A DNA stretch of 64,000 nucleotides, from contig CACHVW010000001.1 in NCBI GenBank assembly GCA_902583415.1, positions 1,118 to 65,117 of the forward strand. The letters are read 5' to 3'. The notes below the pieces were generated by a model that was not told the origin of the DNA, ran no database searches, and saw nothing but the letters and a program-made list of their open reading frames with translations. Shown in pieces: positions 39,427 to 49,266 of the stretch. The position numbers were made by a program, and so were the translations under genes. Each line of letters begins with the position of its first letter. The first letter of the stretch is position 1. This DNA is from an uncultured SAR116 cluster alpha proteobacterium (GTDB taxonomy: Bacteria > Pseudomonadota > Alphaproteobacteria > Puniceispirillales > Marisalimonadaceae).

Positions 39427-40679
39427 GTGTAGAATTTAAAACCCTTGATAATGGTATAAAAATAATTAATGATCAAATTGATGTTGAAAGTGCATCTATG
39501 GGAGTTTGGATAGGTGCAGGCAGTTCTAACGAAAATAATGATCAATGTGGAATTGCCCATATGTTAGAACATATGGCATTTAAAGGAACCAAAAATAGAA
39601 ATGCCGAAATAATAGCACGAGAAATTGAAGATGTTGGAGGTGATATCAATGCTTACACTAGTAAAGAGGTTACGGCTTATTTTCTCAAAGTATTGAAAGA
39701 AAATGCTGAGTTAGGAGTTGATATACTTTCAGACATTATAAAAAACTCGACTTTCCCTAAAGATGAAATTGAGAGAGAAAGAGGGGTTATAATCTCTGAG
39801 ATAGGACAATCATATGATGCTCCAGACGATAGAGTATTTGAAAATTTTACTAAAACTGCTTTTAAAAATCAACCAATGGGAAGGCCCATTCTTGGCACCA
39901 AAGAAACTGTAAGTAGTTTTAAACAGTCTGATTTAAAATTCTTTTTAGATTCAAATTATAGCCCAGAAAACATGGTTGTCTCAATGTCTGGAAACTTAAA
40001 AAAGGATCATTTATTTAAAATAGTTGAAGAAAAATTTTCAGAAATCAAAAAAAGTAATAAACCTAAAAAAGTCAATTCTGAATGGACTTCAGGATTTATT
40101 GCAGAAGATAGAGACTTAGAACAAACACAATTAGTATTTGGTGTTGAAGGTCTAACAAATATAGATATTGACCGGTTTTCTCTCAGAGCGCTATCAATTA
40201 TACTAGGTGGTGGAATGTCTTCGAGGTTGTTTCAAGAGATAAGGGAAAAAAGAGGTTTATGTTATTCCATTTTTAGTTTTACACAGATGCAAAATTCTTC
40301 TGGCGTATTTGGTTTTTATGCTGGAACTTCACCTAACGATGTTGATCAATTACTTGAAGCAAGTTTAATAGAATGGAAAAAAATAAAAAAATTCATATCT
40401 TCTGAAGAGCTTGATAGAGCAAAATCACAAATGAAATCTGGTTTTATAATGGGTCAAGAGAGTAACAGTTTAAGGTCAGAGTATTTTGCAAAAAATATGA
40501 TTAGTTTTAGAAAATTGATAGAAACTAAAGAGGTTATTAGAAGTATAGAAAATATATCTATTTCTTCTATTTATGATTTATGTGAAAAGTTGTTAAATTC
40601 TGCGAAACCAGTTTTATCTGTTATAGGACCAAACGCCAATTCCTTAAAAAAAATAGAAATTTCAACAATACTAAATTAA
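39423..40679 (+). CDS. M16B zinc peptidase (MPP-like)
   Basis: HMLEHMAFKGT (HxxEH), NAYTS.E, GGGMSSRLFQEIREKRGLCY. Confidence 0.93.
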   Translation: MSVEFKTLDNGIKIINDQIDVESASMGVWIGAGSSNENNDQCGIAHMLEHMAFKGTKNRNAEIIAREIEDVGGDINAYTSKEVTAYFLKVLKENAELGVDILSDIIKNSTFPKDEIERERGVIISEIGQSYDAPDDRVFENFTKTAFKNQPMGRPILGTKETVSSFKQSDLKFFLDSNYSPENMVVSMSGNLKKDHLFKIVEEKFSEIKKSNKPKKVNSEWTSGFIAEDRDLEQTQLVFGVEGLTNIDIDRFSLRALSIILGGGMSSRLFQEIREKRGLCYSIFSFTQMQNSSGVFGFYAGTSPNDVDQLLEASLIEWKKIKKFISSEELDRAKSQMKSGFIMGQESNSLRSEYFAKNMISFRKLIETKEVIRSIENISISSIYDLCEKLLNSAKPVLSVIGPNANSLKKIEISTILN

Positions 40680-40687
40680 AATAGCCA

Positions 40688-41248
40688 CTAGGCACTTCCT
40701 GAATATGAGACTAACTTACTTGGATCTACACCCATGTTTTTTAAACATTTTTTCCATAACGAAAATTCCAAGTGATTATGAAATATCAGATCTTTATTTG
40801 AGTTAGTTATAATCCAAGAATTTTCTAGTATTTCATTGTCAAGTTGTCCTTGATCCCACACGGCACATCCCAAGAAAATTTTTGCATATTCTGGTGATTT
40901 ATCTTTTGAAATATCAATTAAGATTTCTTCTGAACTTGTAATCATTACACCATCTAAAATATTTTCAGATGTTTTATATTTTTTTTCATTAGAATGTATA
41001 ATAAAACCTTGATTTAGATGGACAGGACCCCCAAAAAAAGTAGGGCTTGACTTAATATTAGTGACAGAATTAATTTTCATTTTTTTTAAAAACTGGGCTG
41101 TGTCAAAATTGTATAGAGGTTTATTTAGGATTAAACCCATTGTGGCATTTTTAGAATGTTCACAAATCAAAATCACAGAATCCTGAAATCTTATGTCTTC
41201 AAGTCCCGGAGAGGCAATTAGCAGTTTACCCAACAATTCTTGATCCAT
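40688..41248 (-). CDS. yqgE: YqgE/AlgH family protein
   Basis: LLIASP..D.RF..SVILICEH, GLILNKP, GGPV, W..GQL..E. Confidence 0.9.
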   Translation of the reverse strand: MDQELLGKLLIASPGLEDIRFQDSVILICEHSKNATMGLILNKPLYNFDTAQFLKKMKINSVTNIKSSPTFFGGPVHLNQGFIIHSNEKKYKTSENILDGVMITSSEEILIDISKDKSPEYAKIFLGCAVWDQGQLDNEILENSWIITNSNKDLIFHNHLEFSLWKKCLKNMGVDPSKLVSYSGSA

Positions 41249-41301
41249 AATTATAATTCCAATATATTACTGACAACTCTTATAATAACTAAAAAGAAAT
41301 A

Positions 41302-43272
41302 ATGCACAATAAACTAGTACATTTTAAATGCTATAGAGTTTTAATTTTGTTGTTATCTTTAACTTTAATTAGTTTGACTAATATAAGCAAATCTAACTCT
41401 AACATCTTAGTTTCTAATCAAAATACTATAACTAACGAAAATTATGATTTTGTTAAATTTGATATTTTATTTGGTAAAATATTTGAAACCACACCAACAA
41501 AAATTCTTATAGGTTTACAAGTAAACCTCTTACCAGAATGGAAAATATATTGGAGAAATCCTGGTGATGCAGGACTACCTCCAGAAATCAAATGGGAAAT
41601 AGGAAATAATATTAAATCAATGAATTTACTATTTCCAAACCCTAAAAGATTTAAGTTTTTCGGTATTGAGACATTTGGTTACGAAAATGAAGTAATTTTT
41701 CCAATAGTTATAGAACGGTTAAACAAAAACAAAAAGATATCAGGGCCACTTCAATTTGAGGCACAAGTATGTGCTGAAATATGTGTTCCAGTAAGTTTTA
41801 ATTATGATTTAAGTAAATTAACTAAACATTATGAAGACAATTCTAAATTAAAAGACATACTTAGATATAAGAATAAGGTACCTAAGTTTCTAGGAAGTAA
41901 AGATTTAGAACTTTTCTCATTCGCTCAATCTGATGATAAACTAAGATTATCATTTATAAATAAATTAAATATAAGCCCTTATGATATAATTATAGAAGAT
42001 AATAAAGAATTCATTTTTGAGAAACCTAGATATTCAAAAAATGGTGAACTTTTAAATCTAACTATTAATTTTAAGGAAAAAAAAGACTATGAATTTGAAT
42101 TTCTAAAATTAACTTTTCTAAGTAATAACATAAGTTATGAGAAAATTATAACTAAACAGTCAAATTTACCGAATAAAAATTTATTAAAATTTAATAAAAA
42201 TAAAATTTCAATTGGTTTTGAAATTTTCATAATCGCTTTAATTGGGGGATTTATTTTAAATTTTATGCCCTGTGTTCTCCCTGTATTATCTTTGAAAATG
42301 ATTCAATTAGTAAATCTAAGAACGGAAAACAAAGTAATATTTAGAAAGAAAATATCATTTAATATATTGGGTATATTAACATCTTTTTTATTGATAGCTT
42401 TTGTTACTTACATTGTTAAGTCTGCGGGTGAACTTGTTGGGTGGGGTGTACAATTTCAAAATCCATATTTTCTAATTTTTATGATTTCACTAACAGCTTT
42501 TTTTGGTTTTAATCTCTTAGGGTTATTTAATTTTTTCTTACCTCCAAAAGTTTTAAATATTCTATCATATAGGGGGGAGGGTTTTGTAGGCGATTTCATT
42601 ACTGGAATTACATTAACTTTATTAGCTACTCCATGTACAGCGCCATTAGTGGGTACTGCAGTTGGTTTTGCCTTATCTGGAGGTACTGTCGAAATTTTTT
42701 CTATTCTTTTAATTATGGGTCTAGGTTTGTCATTTCCCCTTATTCTAATCATGTTGTTTCCAAAAATTATATCAATTATTCCAAAGCCTGGTAAATGGTT
42801 AGTAACTTTTAAAAAAATTATGGCTATTTTCCTTCTACTTACTTCGTTATGGTTAATAAATATATTAATGAAATTAGAGACAAAAATTGAAACCAATTTA
42901 AATAACTATTCTAATTTAGAGATAGTTAATTGGGATATAAACAAAAATATTTCATTACCAAATCAGTTGGCAGCAAAAGGTGAAATAGTATTTGTCGATA
43001 TAACTGCAGATTGGTGTATAACATGTCAAGTGAATAAAGCTTTGGTACTTGAAACTAAACAAGTATCAGAAATTTTTAAAAGAAATAATGTAAAAGTTCT
43101 AACCTTAGATTGGACTAAACCGAACAAAAATATTAAAAAATTCTTAACTAAAAAACAACGTTATGGAATACCGTACAATGAAATTTATGGTCCATTATTG
43201 TCAAATGGAAAAATTCTGTCTGAATTACTGACTATTAAAGAAATTCAGAAATATATTAAATTAGCAAAATAA
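41302..43272 (+). CDS. dsbD: DsbD/ScsB-type protein-disulfide reductase
   Basis: WKIYWRNPGDAG, CAEIC, MPCVLP, TPCTAP, and thioredoxin WCITC motif. Confidence 0.9.
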   Translation: MHNKLVHFKCYRVLILLLSLTLISLTNISKSNSNILVSNQNTITNENYDFVKFDILFGKIFETTPTKILIGLQVNLLPEWKIYWRNPGDAGLPPEIKWEIGNNIKSMNLLFPNPKRFKFFGIETFGYENEVIFPIVIERLNKNKKISGPLQFEAQVCAEICVPVSFNYDLSKLTKHYEDNSKLKDILRYKNKVPKFLGSKDLELFSFAQSDDKLRLSFINKLNISPYDIIIEDNKEFIFEKPRYSKNGELLNLTINFKEKKDYEFEFLKLTFLSNNISYEKIITKQSNLPNKNLLKFNKNKISIGFEIFIIALIGGFILNFMPCVLPVLSLKMIQLVNLRTENKVIFRKKISFNILGILTSFLLIAFVTYIVKSAGELVGWGVQFQNPYFLIFMISLTAFFGFNLLGLFNFFLPPKVLNILSYRGEGFVGDFITGITLTLLATPCTAPLVGTAVGFALSGGTVEIFSILLIMGLGLSFPLILIMLFPKIISIIPKPGKWLVTFKKIMAIFLLLTSLWLINILMKLETKIETNLNNYSNLEIVNWDINKNISLPNQLAAKGEIVFVDITADWCITCQVNKALVLETKQVSEIFKRNNVKVLTLDWTKPNKNIKKFLTKKQRYGIPYNEIYGPLLSNGKILSELLTIKEIQKYIKLAK

Positions 43273-43333
43273 TTTTATTTTAAAACCCAGTGATATAGTT
43301 TAAGTATAATTTAAATGAATATAAGGAGTTTGC

Positions 43334-43813
43334 ATGTCAGCTAATATAGGTAATAATTTCCCCTCTGGGATATTTCTTATAAAAGATAGTGAGGGAGTAA
43401 AAGAAGTCAAAACTGATGATTATTTTAAATCGAATAAAGTTGTTTTGTTTGCTTTACCTGGAGCTTTTACACCGACATGTTCTGCTAAGCATTTGCCAGG
43501 TTATATAAAATATCATCAAGATATTAAAGATAAAGGTGTAGATATAATTGCATGTATGGCAGTGAATGATCCACATGTAATGCGTGCGTGGGGTTTAGCA
43601 AATGAAGTTGAAGGAAAAATTGACATGTTGTCTGATTCTGATTGTTCAGTTTCACAGTCTCTTAATCTAGATATGAATTTTGGTAGAATAATGGGGCATA
43701 GATCAAGAAGATTTGCCATGATAGTTGATGATAATGTAATCAGAAAGTCATTTGTAGAAGAAGTTGGAGCATTTGAGGTTTCAAATGCAGAAAATATTTT
43801 AAAAAATCTATAG
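43334..43813 (+). CDS. Peroxiredoxin (Prx5/type II)
   Basis: PGAFTPTCS..H, AVNDP.VM.AW, RS.RFAM; AAGGAG SD. Confidence 0.94.
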   Translation: MSANIGNNFPSGIFLIKDSEGVKEVKTDDYFKSNKVVLFALPGAFTPTCSAKHLPGYIKYHQDIKDKGVDIIACMAVNDPHVMRAWGLANEVEGKIDMLSDSDCSVSQSLNLDMNFGRIMGHRSRRFAMIVDDNVIRKSFVEEVGAFEVSNAENILKNL

Positions 43814-43820
43814 TATTTTA

Positions 43821-44255
43821 TTATTTCTCATTCATTGCATTTACGGCCAATTTATCTGCAATTTCATTGTAATGGTTTCCAGAATGTCCTTTAACCCAAA
43901 ACCATTCTACATTATGAAGATTCACATTTTCATCTAGTTCAATCCAAAGCTCTTTATTGGAGACCTTTTTTTTATTAGCAGTTTTCCATCCATTTTTTTT
44001 CCAATTAATAATCCATTCTGTTATTCCATTTTTAACATATTGTGAATCTGTATATAATTTTATTTTACTTGGGTGTTTTATTGCTTTTAAAGCCTCAATT
44101 GTTGCCTTAAGTTCCATTCTATTATTTGTAGTTAATTTTTCTGATCCAGATAAATATTTTTCATTATTCTGATAAAGTAAAACAGCTCCCCATCCACCTT
44201 TTCCAGGGTTTCCAGAGCATGCACCATCTGTAAAAATAGTAATTTCTTTTTTCAT
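43821..44255 (-). CDS. rnhA: Ribonuclease HI
   Basis: [30 protein letters not shown]...NE.AD. Confidence 0.97.
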   Translation of the reverse strand: MKKEITIFTDGACSGNPGKGGWGAVLLYQNNEKYLSGSEKLTTNNRMELKATIEALKAIKHPSKIKLYTDSQYVKNGITEWIINWKKNGWKTANKKKVSNKELWIELDENVNLHNVEWFWVKGHSGNHYNEIADKLAVNAMNEK

Positions 44256-44269
44256 AATTAATTTTCTAC

Positions 44270-45235
44270 TTATTTAATATTTTTAGCTAATTTCTTAAAA
44301 TATTTGTGTTTTGTTATATATTCTTCTGGATTTTTGAGAACAACATTAGCTTCAATAGGTGTGTTTACCCAATCAAATAATCTTGTTAATAAAAAACGTA
44401 GTGAAGCAGCTTGACACAATAGTGGTAAAAAGAATTCTTCATCTTTACTTAATGTCCTTTTAGAGTTGTATCCTTTTAATAGAGCTTGATATTTTTTATC
44501 TTGAAAATTGTATTGCTTATCAAAACACCAAGCATTAATAGCAATCGCCAAATCATATGCAAGTATATCGGTACATGAAAAATAAAAATCAATTACTCCC
44601 TTAATTTTATTATTAATAAAAAAAACATTATCAGGAAAAAAATCTCCATGAATAAAACCTTTTGGTAAGTCATGTGGCCAAAATTTAGAAATAAAATCAA
44701 AGGAATTTTGTATATCTTTCATTAATTCAGGTTGGAGTTTATTTAATACGTTAACTGGCACAGAATTATTACAATTTTTAATTAATGTTTGCCATCCCTT
44801 TATAGAAAGAGAGTTATCTCTTTGAAGTTCAAAATCTTTACTAGCGAGGTGCATAAGACCCATACTAGAACCAACTTGATTACAATCTTCAATAGTTACG
44901 TTTTTCTTGGATTTTCCTTCAAGAAAATTAACAACGATTGTTGGTTTTCCTTTTAATTCTTGAAGATATTCATCATTTTTATCACATATTGGTTTAGGAC
45001 AATAATAACCGTTTTTGTTTAAATGAAGCATAATTTTGATAAAAAAAGGAATGTCCTTAATATCTACTCTTTTTTCAAATATAGTGAGTATATAATTACC
45101 ATTAGAAGTTTTTAAATTAAAGTTACTGTTTTCTATTCCTTCTGTAATACCAGAAAATGAAATTAACTCACCAATATCGTATAGCTCTAATAAATCTGCT
45201 ATATGATCTTCATTTAAATTTGTATAGACTGCCAA
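44270..45235 (-). CDS. thrB: Homoserine kinase type II
   Basis: [36 protein letters not shown]; TTG start. Confidence 0.95.
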   Translation of the reverse strand: MAVYTNLNEDHIADLLELYDIGELISFSGITEGIENSNFNLKTSNGNYILTIFEKRVDIKDIPFFIKIMLHLNKNGYYCPKPICDKNDEYLQELKGKPTIVVNFLEGKSKKNVTIEDCNQVGSSMGLMHLASKDFELQRDNSLSIKGWQTLIKNCNNSVPVNVLNKLQPELMKDIQNSFDFISKFWPHDLPKGFIHGDFFPDNVFFINNKIKGVIDFYFSCTDILAYDLAIAINAWCFDKQYNFQDKKYQALLKGYNSKRTLSKDEEFFLPLLCQAASLRFLLTRLFDWVNTPIEANVVLKNPEEYITKHKYFKKLAKNIK

Positions 45236-45251
45236 CTCTAAATCCTAAAAC

Positions 45252-46205
45252 TTATCGTAAAATTTTTGGTAAATTAAATTTAACATCTTCTTTTGTTACT
45301 TCATGATCTATCAAATTAACTTCAAAATCTTTTTTAAGTTTAGATATTAACACTTGTACTAAGGTCTCAGGTGCTGATGCACCAGCAGTTAAACCAATAT
45401 TAGGAGATTTTAAGGGATCAAATTTTTTTAAAAACAAATCAAGTTTATTCTCGTTAGGTATTAAAATAGCTTTTTTTACACCGTGAGACAACGCTACTTC
45501 TACAAGACGAACAGAATTAGAAGAATTTTCAGCTCCTATAACTAAAATACAATCACATATTTTTGACATTGATTTTACTGCCATTTGTCTATTTGTAGTT
45601 GCATAACAAATATCTTCAGAACTAGGTCCTTTAATATTTGGAAATCTAGATTTTAAAATACTTAAAATTTCACTTGTATCATCTACAGACAATGTAGTTT
45701 GGGTAGCAAAAGCTAAATTGTCTGGATTGTCTATTTTAACATTATAAGCGTCTTTTTCTGTTTCGATCAGAGTAATATTATTTTTTGGCACTTGCCCCAT
45801 AGTTCCTATTACTTCTACATGGTTTTTATGTCCAATTAATAGAACGTGTCTTCCTAAATTATAATGACGAATTGTTTCATTATGAACTTTGGTTACTAAT
45901 GGACAGGTCGCATCTATAGAAATCATTTTCCTTTGTTTTGCTTCATCCATGACTGATTTAGCAACACCATGTGCTGAAAAGATTATTGGGCGATCAGCCG
46001 GTGCCTCTTCAACTTCATCAACAAACACAGCGCCTATTCTAGCCAAAGAATTAACGACGTCTTTATTATGAACTATTTCATGTCTAACATAAACTGGAGA
46101 ACCAAATCTTTTAATAGACTCTTCTACAATCTTTACAGCTCTATCAACACCTGCACAAAAACCTCTTGGTGATGCAAGATATAAATTAATTTTTTGTTTC
46201 TTCAT
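45252..46205 (-). CDS. ispH: 4-hydroxy-3-methylbut-2-enyl diphosphate reductase
   Basis: PRGFCAGV, IVHN, SAHG, DATCPLV, QTTLS, ICYATTNRQ, SSNS. Confidence 0.97.
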   Translation of the reverse strand: MKKQKINLYLASPRGFCAGVDRAVKIVEESIKRFGSPVYVRHEIVHNKDVVNSLARIGAVFVDEVEEAPADRPIIFSAHGVAKSVMDEAKQRKMISIDATCPLVTKVHNETIRHYNLGRHVLLIGHKNHVEVIGTMGQVPKNNITLIETEKDAYNVKIDNPDNLAFATQTTLSVDDTSEILSILKSRFPNIKGPSSEDICYATTNRQMAVKSMSKICDCILVIGAENSSNSVRLVEVALSHGVKKAILIPNENKLDLFLKKFDPLKSPNIGLTAGASAPETLVQVLISKLKKDFEVNLIDHEVTKEDVKFNLPKILR

Positions 46206-46289
46206 AATTTAGTTTTGATGTATTACAATCAATACGTCAATAAAGATTAGTCAAGTTACAAAATTTTTTACGTTTTTAGGATACTATGT

Positions 46290-46718
46290 ATGATTCGAGT
46301 TTTTATTATAATTTCATTTTTATTTTTTAATGGTTGTTCAACTTTTAAAAAAGATGTTGTTGAATGTCCCAAATTGATTGCACCTAAAAAAGCTGCTGAA
46401 ATTGTTGTTAATTCAGAAAGTAACTCACCGGTTTATTTAGGATTTAGAGGTGTGCAGAAGTTTTGCTATAAAGATGGCGATGATATTGAAATGGAGCTCT
46501 CTGTTAATATACGAGCAATCAGAAATGATACAACTAAAGAAGATTATGTCCCTGTCAATATTAGTGTAGTATCAGTAGATTTAAATGAAAAAGAATTTGA
46601 TAGAGATGAATTTAACTATTCTCAATTTTTATTAAAAGGAAGTAAAATAGTGGATAGAGCTACAACATTTGATTTGAAAGTTCCTGCTGGAGGACAAGTC
46701 TTCCTAGGTATAAAGTAG
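46290..46718 (+). CDS. Hypothetical lipoprotein
   Basis: Signal peptide with lipobox FNGC followed by a CP motif; fills the gap between ispH and atpF. Confidence 0.7.
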   Translation: MIRVFIIISFLFFNGCSTFKKDVVECPKLIAPKKAAEIVVNSESNSPVYLGFRGVQKFCYKDGDDIEMELSVNIRAIRNDTTKEDYVPVNISVVSVDLNEKEFDRDEFNYSQFLLKGSKIVDRATTFDLKVPAGGQVFLGIK

Positions 46719-47204
46719 TTATTTTAAAATAGAGGATTTAATCTCATTTGAAGATTTAGAGATTAAATTAATGCTTTCTTTGTTATCTAATTTCTGTTGA
46801 ATATAAGTTTTGGATGACTCAATGACGATACTGCTAGTAATTTCTTTAATATTTTTTATAGCCTCAGCTTCTAACGATAAGATTTTTTGTTTAGCTTGTT
46901 CTTCTTTTCTTTTAATCATTTCAAGGGATTTTAAGTTTGCTTCTTCTTGAATTTTTTTAGCAGTTTCTTTTGCGTTTTTAATTAGATTTTCAGCTTCATT
47001 AGAAACATTTTTTTGATTTTGTAAAGCAAGCCTCAGTTCTTCTAAAGCTTCTTCTTTAAGTGATTTAGCTTCATTAAGTTCTTTTTCAATTAATAATGAT
47101 CTCTCATCTAATAAAGAAAGTATAGCTTTCTTTCCTTTTTTCCACACCAACACAAAAAATAATAAAAACGCAATTGCAACCCATGCTGTCTCATCAAAGT
47201 ACAT
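46719..47204 (-). CDS. atpF: ATP synthase Fo subunit b
   Basis: N-terminal TM (ETAWVAIAF), LDER..I..EL.EA coiled coil; last gene of the Fo operon. Confidence 0.9.
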   Translation of the reverse strand: MYFDETAWVAIAFLLFFVLVWKKGKKAILSLLDERSLLIEKELNEAKSLKEEALEELRLALQNQKNVSNEAENLIKNAKETAKKIQEEANLKSLEMIKRKEEQAKQKILSLEAEAIKNIKEITSSIVIESSKTYIQQKLDNKESINLISKSSNEIKSSILK

Positions 47205-47205
47205 T

Positions 47206-47793
47206 CTATTTCTCCACTAATATATTTTTTGATGCTGTATTAATTGCATTCTTTCCCGCAACCTTGTCGTATTTAAGATCAGTTAAATTTTGAACGACTT
47301 TTGCAGTGAGTTCTTCGGCGTTGCTTATGACTTCGTTTATAACTAATTTTTGTGTTTCTATTATTTGTTTCTCAGCTTTGATAACTTTTTCATTTAATTT
47401 TTTATTTATATCTTTTTCTTTTTTTTCGATGTCTTGTTTTGTTTTATAAAGAGCTTGATTTACTATTAATTGTGATCTTGACTTAAATTCTGTTTGAGAA
47501 TTAATAATGTTTTCTTTTATTTTTTCAGTCTCTTGACTTGAAGTTTTAGCTTTTACTAAGTCATTTTGGATATTAGTTTCCCTGTTATTTAAAATTGATT
47601 TTATATTTGGAGTTACCAAATATTTCATCAGTATATAACCTATAATTAGGGATATAACAGACCAAAAAACAAGAGATGGATATGTATTAAAATCTAATTG
47701 TGGTAGTCCAGCTTGACCTCCATCAGCTTGAGCAACATAAGAAGTATTTATAAAGAATAGTACAACTAAGATAAATCTGCGATAATATGACAT
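47206..47793 (-). CDS. atpF2: ATP synthase Fo subunit b'
   Basis: GLPQLDF..YPS..FW motif plus coiled coil; N-terminal extension. Confidence 0.9.
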   Translation of the reverse strand: MSYYRRFILVVLFFINTSYVAQADGGQAGLPQLDFNTYPSLVFWSVISLIIGYILMKYLVTPNIKSILNNRETNIQNDLVKAKTSSQETEKIKENIINSQTEFKSRSQLIVNQALYKTKQDIEKKEKDINKKLNEKVIKAEKQIIETQKLVINEVISNAEELTAKVVQNLTDLKYDKVAGKNAINTASKNILVEK

Positions 47794-47818
47794 TTGTTAT
47801 TCTTACTTAAATAAAGTC

Positions 47819-47844
47819 TGCCTATAGTAATTTTACTATAGGCA
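47819..47844 (-). promoter_or_regulatory. Stem-loop downstream of atpE (mRNA stabiliser or partial terminator)
   Basis: tgcctatagtaa-tt-ttactataggca, perfect 12-bp inverted repeat between atpE and b'. Confidence 0.7.
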
Positions 47845-47858
47845 ATATTAAATTTTAA

Positions 47859-48086
47859 TTAGAATGTGAATAATAGTAATAGCGCAATAACTAGTGCAAA
47901 AAGTGCAACTGCTTCTGTTAGTGCAAATCCTAAAATAGCTATTCCAAAAACTTCATTTTTGGCTGCTGGGTTTCTTCCAACAGCTGTAACTAGTGAAGCA
48001 AAAATATTACCAATTCCAACTCCAACTCCAGCTAGGGCTATAACGGCTAAACCAGCACCTATTAATTTTGCGGCATCCATTTCCAT
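47859..48086 (-). CDS. atpE: ATP synthase Fo subunit c
   Basis: GxGxGxG (GVGVGIG), RNP loop, GFALTEA carboxylate. Confidence 0.98.
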   Translation of the reverse strand: MEMDAAKLIGAGLAVIALAGVGVGIGNIFASLVTAVGRNPAAKNEVFGIAILGFALTEAVALFALVIALLLLFTF

Positions 48087-48127
48087 ATTTTTTTCCTTTC
48101 TTAAGTAATTTTAAATTTAGTAATGAA

Positions 48128-48871
48128 TTAGTGTAAATGTATTGCGTCATGAAGGTACATACATGTTAAAATACTGAAAACATAAGCTTGAAGTGCAGCT
48201 ACTAAAAATTCCAGTCCAGTTAAACCAATAACTGCCAAAAGCGGCAATACGGCACCTGCTTTTAAAACTCCACCTGCTGACCCCATCATTATTATAAGTC
48301 CAGCAAATACCTTCATCATTGTGTGTCCGGCTAACATATTAGCAAATAATCTGACAGATAAACTAATTGGACGGATAAAATAAGAGATAATCTCAATTGG
48401 TATAAGGAGAGGTGCTAAACCAATTGGTACTCCAGATGGAAAAAAATATGTAAAAAATTTAAAGCCATGTTTTAAAATTGCAATAATTGTAACTCCTACG
48501 AATATAATAGCAGCGAATGTAAAAGTAACGGCTATTTGTGAAGTAAAAGTGTAACTGTAGGGTATCATTCCAAGCAGGTTTCCAAATAGAATAAACATAA
48601 ATAAAGTGAATATAAATGGAAAGTAAGCTTGGCTGCCTTTGCCTGCATTTTCTTTAACCATATTTGCAACAAACTCATATGACATTTCTACTAAGCTTTG
48701 AAATCTTCCAGGTATAAGTGCTTGCTTTCTTGATCCAAAATATAAAAAACAAACTGACCCAAAAATAGACAACATCATGAATAGAGAAGCGTTAGTGAAT
48801 GATATATCAATACCCATAAAGTTGAGTTCGTATAAAGTTTTAATTGTAAATTGTTCAACAGGCGAATTCAT
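48128..48871 (-). CDS. atpB: ATP synthase Fo subunit a
   Basis: SFTNAS, PGRFQ, NLLGMIP, RPISLSVRLFANM.AGH, LQAYVF. Confidence 0.98.
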   Translation of the reverse strand: MNSPVEQFTIKTLYELNFMGIDISFTNASLFMMLSIFGSVCFLYFGSRKQALIPGRFQSLVEMSYEFVANMVKENAGKGSQAYFPFIFTLFMFILFGNLLGMIPYSYTFTSQIAVTFTFAAIIFVGVTIIAILKHGFKFFTYFFPSGVPIGLAPLLIPIEIISYFIRPISLSVRLFANMLAGHTMMKVFAGLIIMMGSAGGVLKAGAVLPLLAVIGLTGLEFLVAALQAYVFSILTCMYLHDAIHLH

Positions 48872-48872
48872 A

Positions 48873-49181
48873 TTATTTTTCTTTTTCGTTAAAAAAACCC
48901 ATTTTCAAACCTTTGCCAGTCAAAACTCTCCAAAGGTTATATATACCAGCTACACCACCTAATAAAAAAAATACTAATAGAAATAATGGAGTTGTATTAA
49001 ACCACTGATCTATTGTCCATCCTAAGCCTGCACCAATTATCAATCCTGCGAGTAATTCTGTTCCAACTCTATAGTAAATATTAAGCGAATCTGTATCTTT
49101 AAATGTTTTTTTATAATCCTTCTTAGCTAGTGCAACATCTATTCTTTTTGATAAATTTTTTTCTTTGTTTAACGTGCTCAT
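48873..49181 (-). CDS. atpI: AtpZ/AtpI family protein
   Basis: ELLAG..GAGLGW.ID...T.P..L.F...G..AG motif; first gene of the Fo operon. Confidence 0.88.
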   Translation of the reverse strand: MSTLNKEKNLSKRIDVALAKKDYKKTFKDTDSLNIYYRVGTELLAGLIIGAGLGWTIDQWFNTTPLFLLVFFLLGGVAGIYNLWRVLTGKGLKMGFFNEKEK

Positions 49182-49215
49182 ACTATACTTTCAAATGAAA
49201 ATTACAAGCGTGCTT

Positions 49216-49244
49216 AAATTATTTTGAGCTAACAAATAAGTCAA
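49216..49244 (-). promoter_or_regulatory. Candidate sigma70 promoter of the Fo operon
   Basis: Minus strand TTGACT-17 nt-TAATTT, about 35 nt upstream of the atpI start. Confidence 0.45.
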
Positions 49245-49266
49245 GAGTTTACTTCAAAAACTTTAA

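Noticed and set aside
47859-48086. Na+-coupled ATP synthase
   Set aside because: The c-subunit reads TEA with no Ser/Thr after the Glu and no helix-1 Gln, consistent with H+ coupling.
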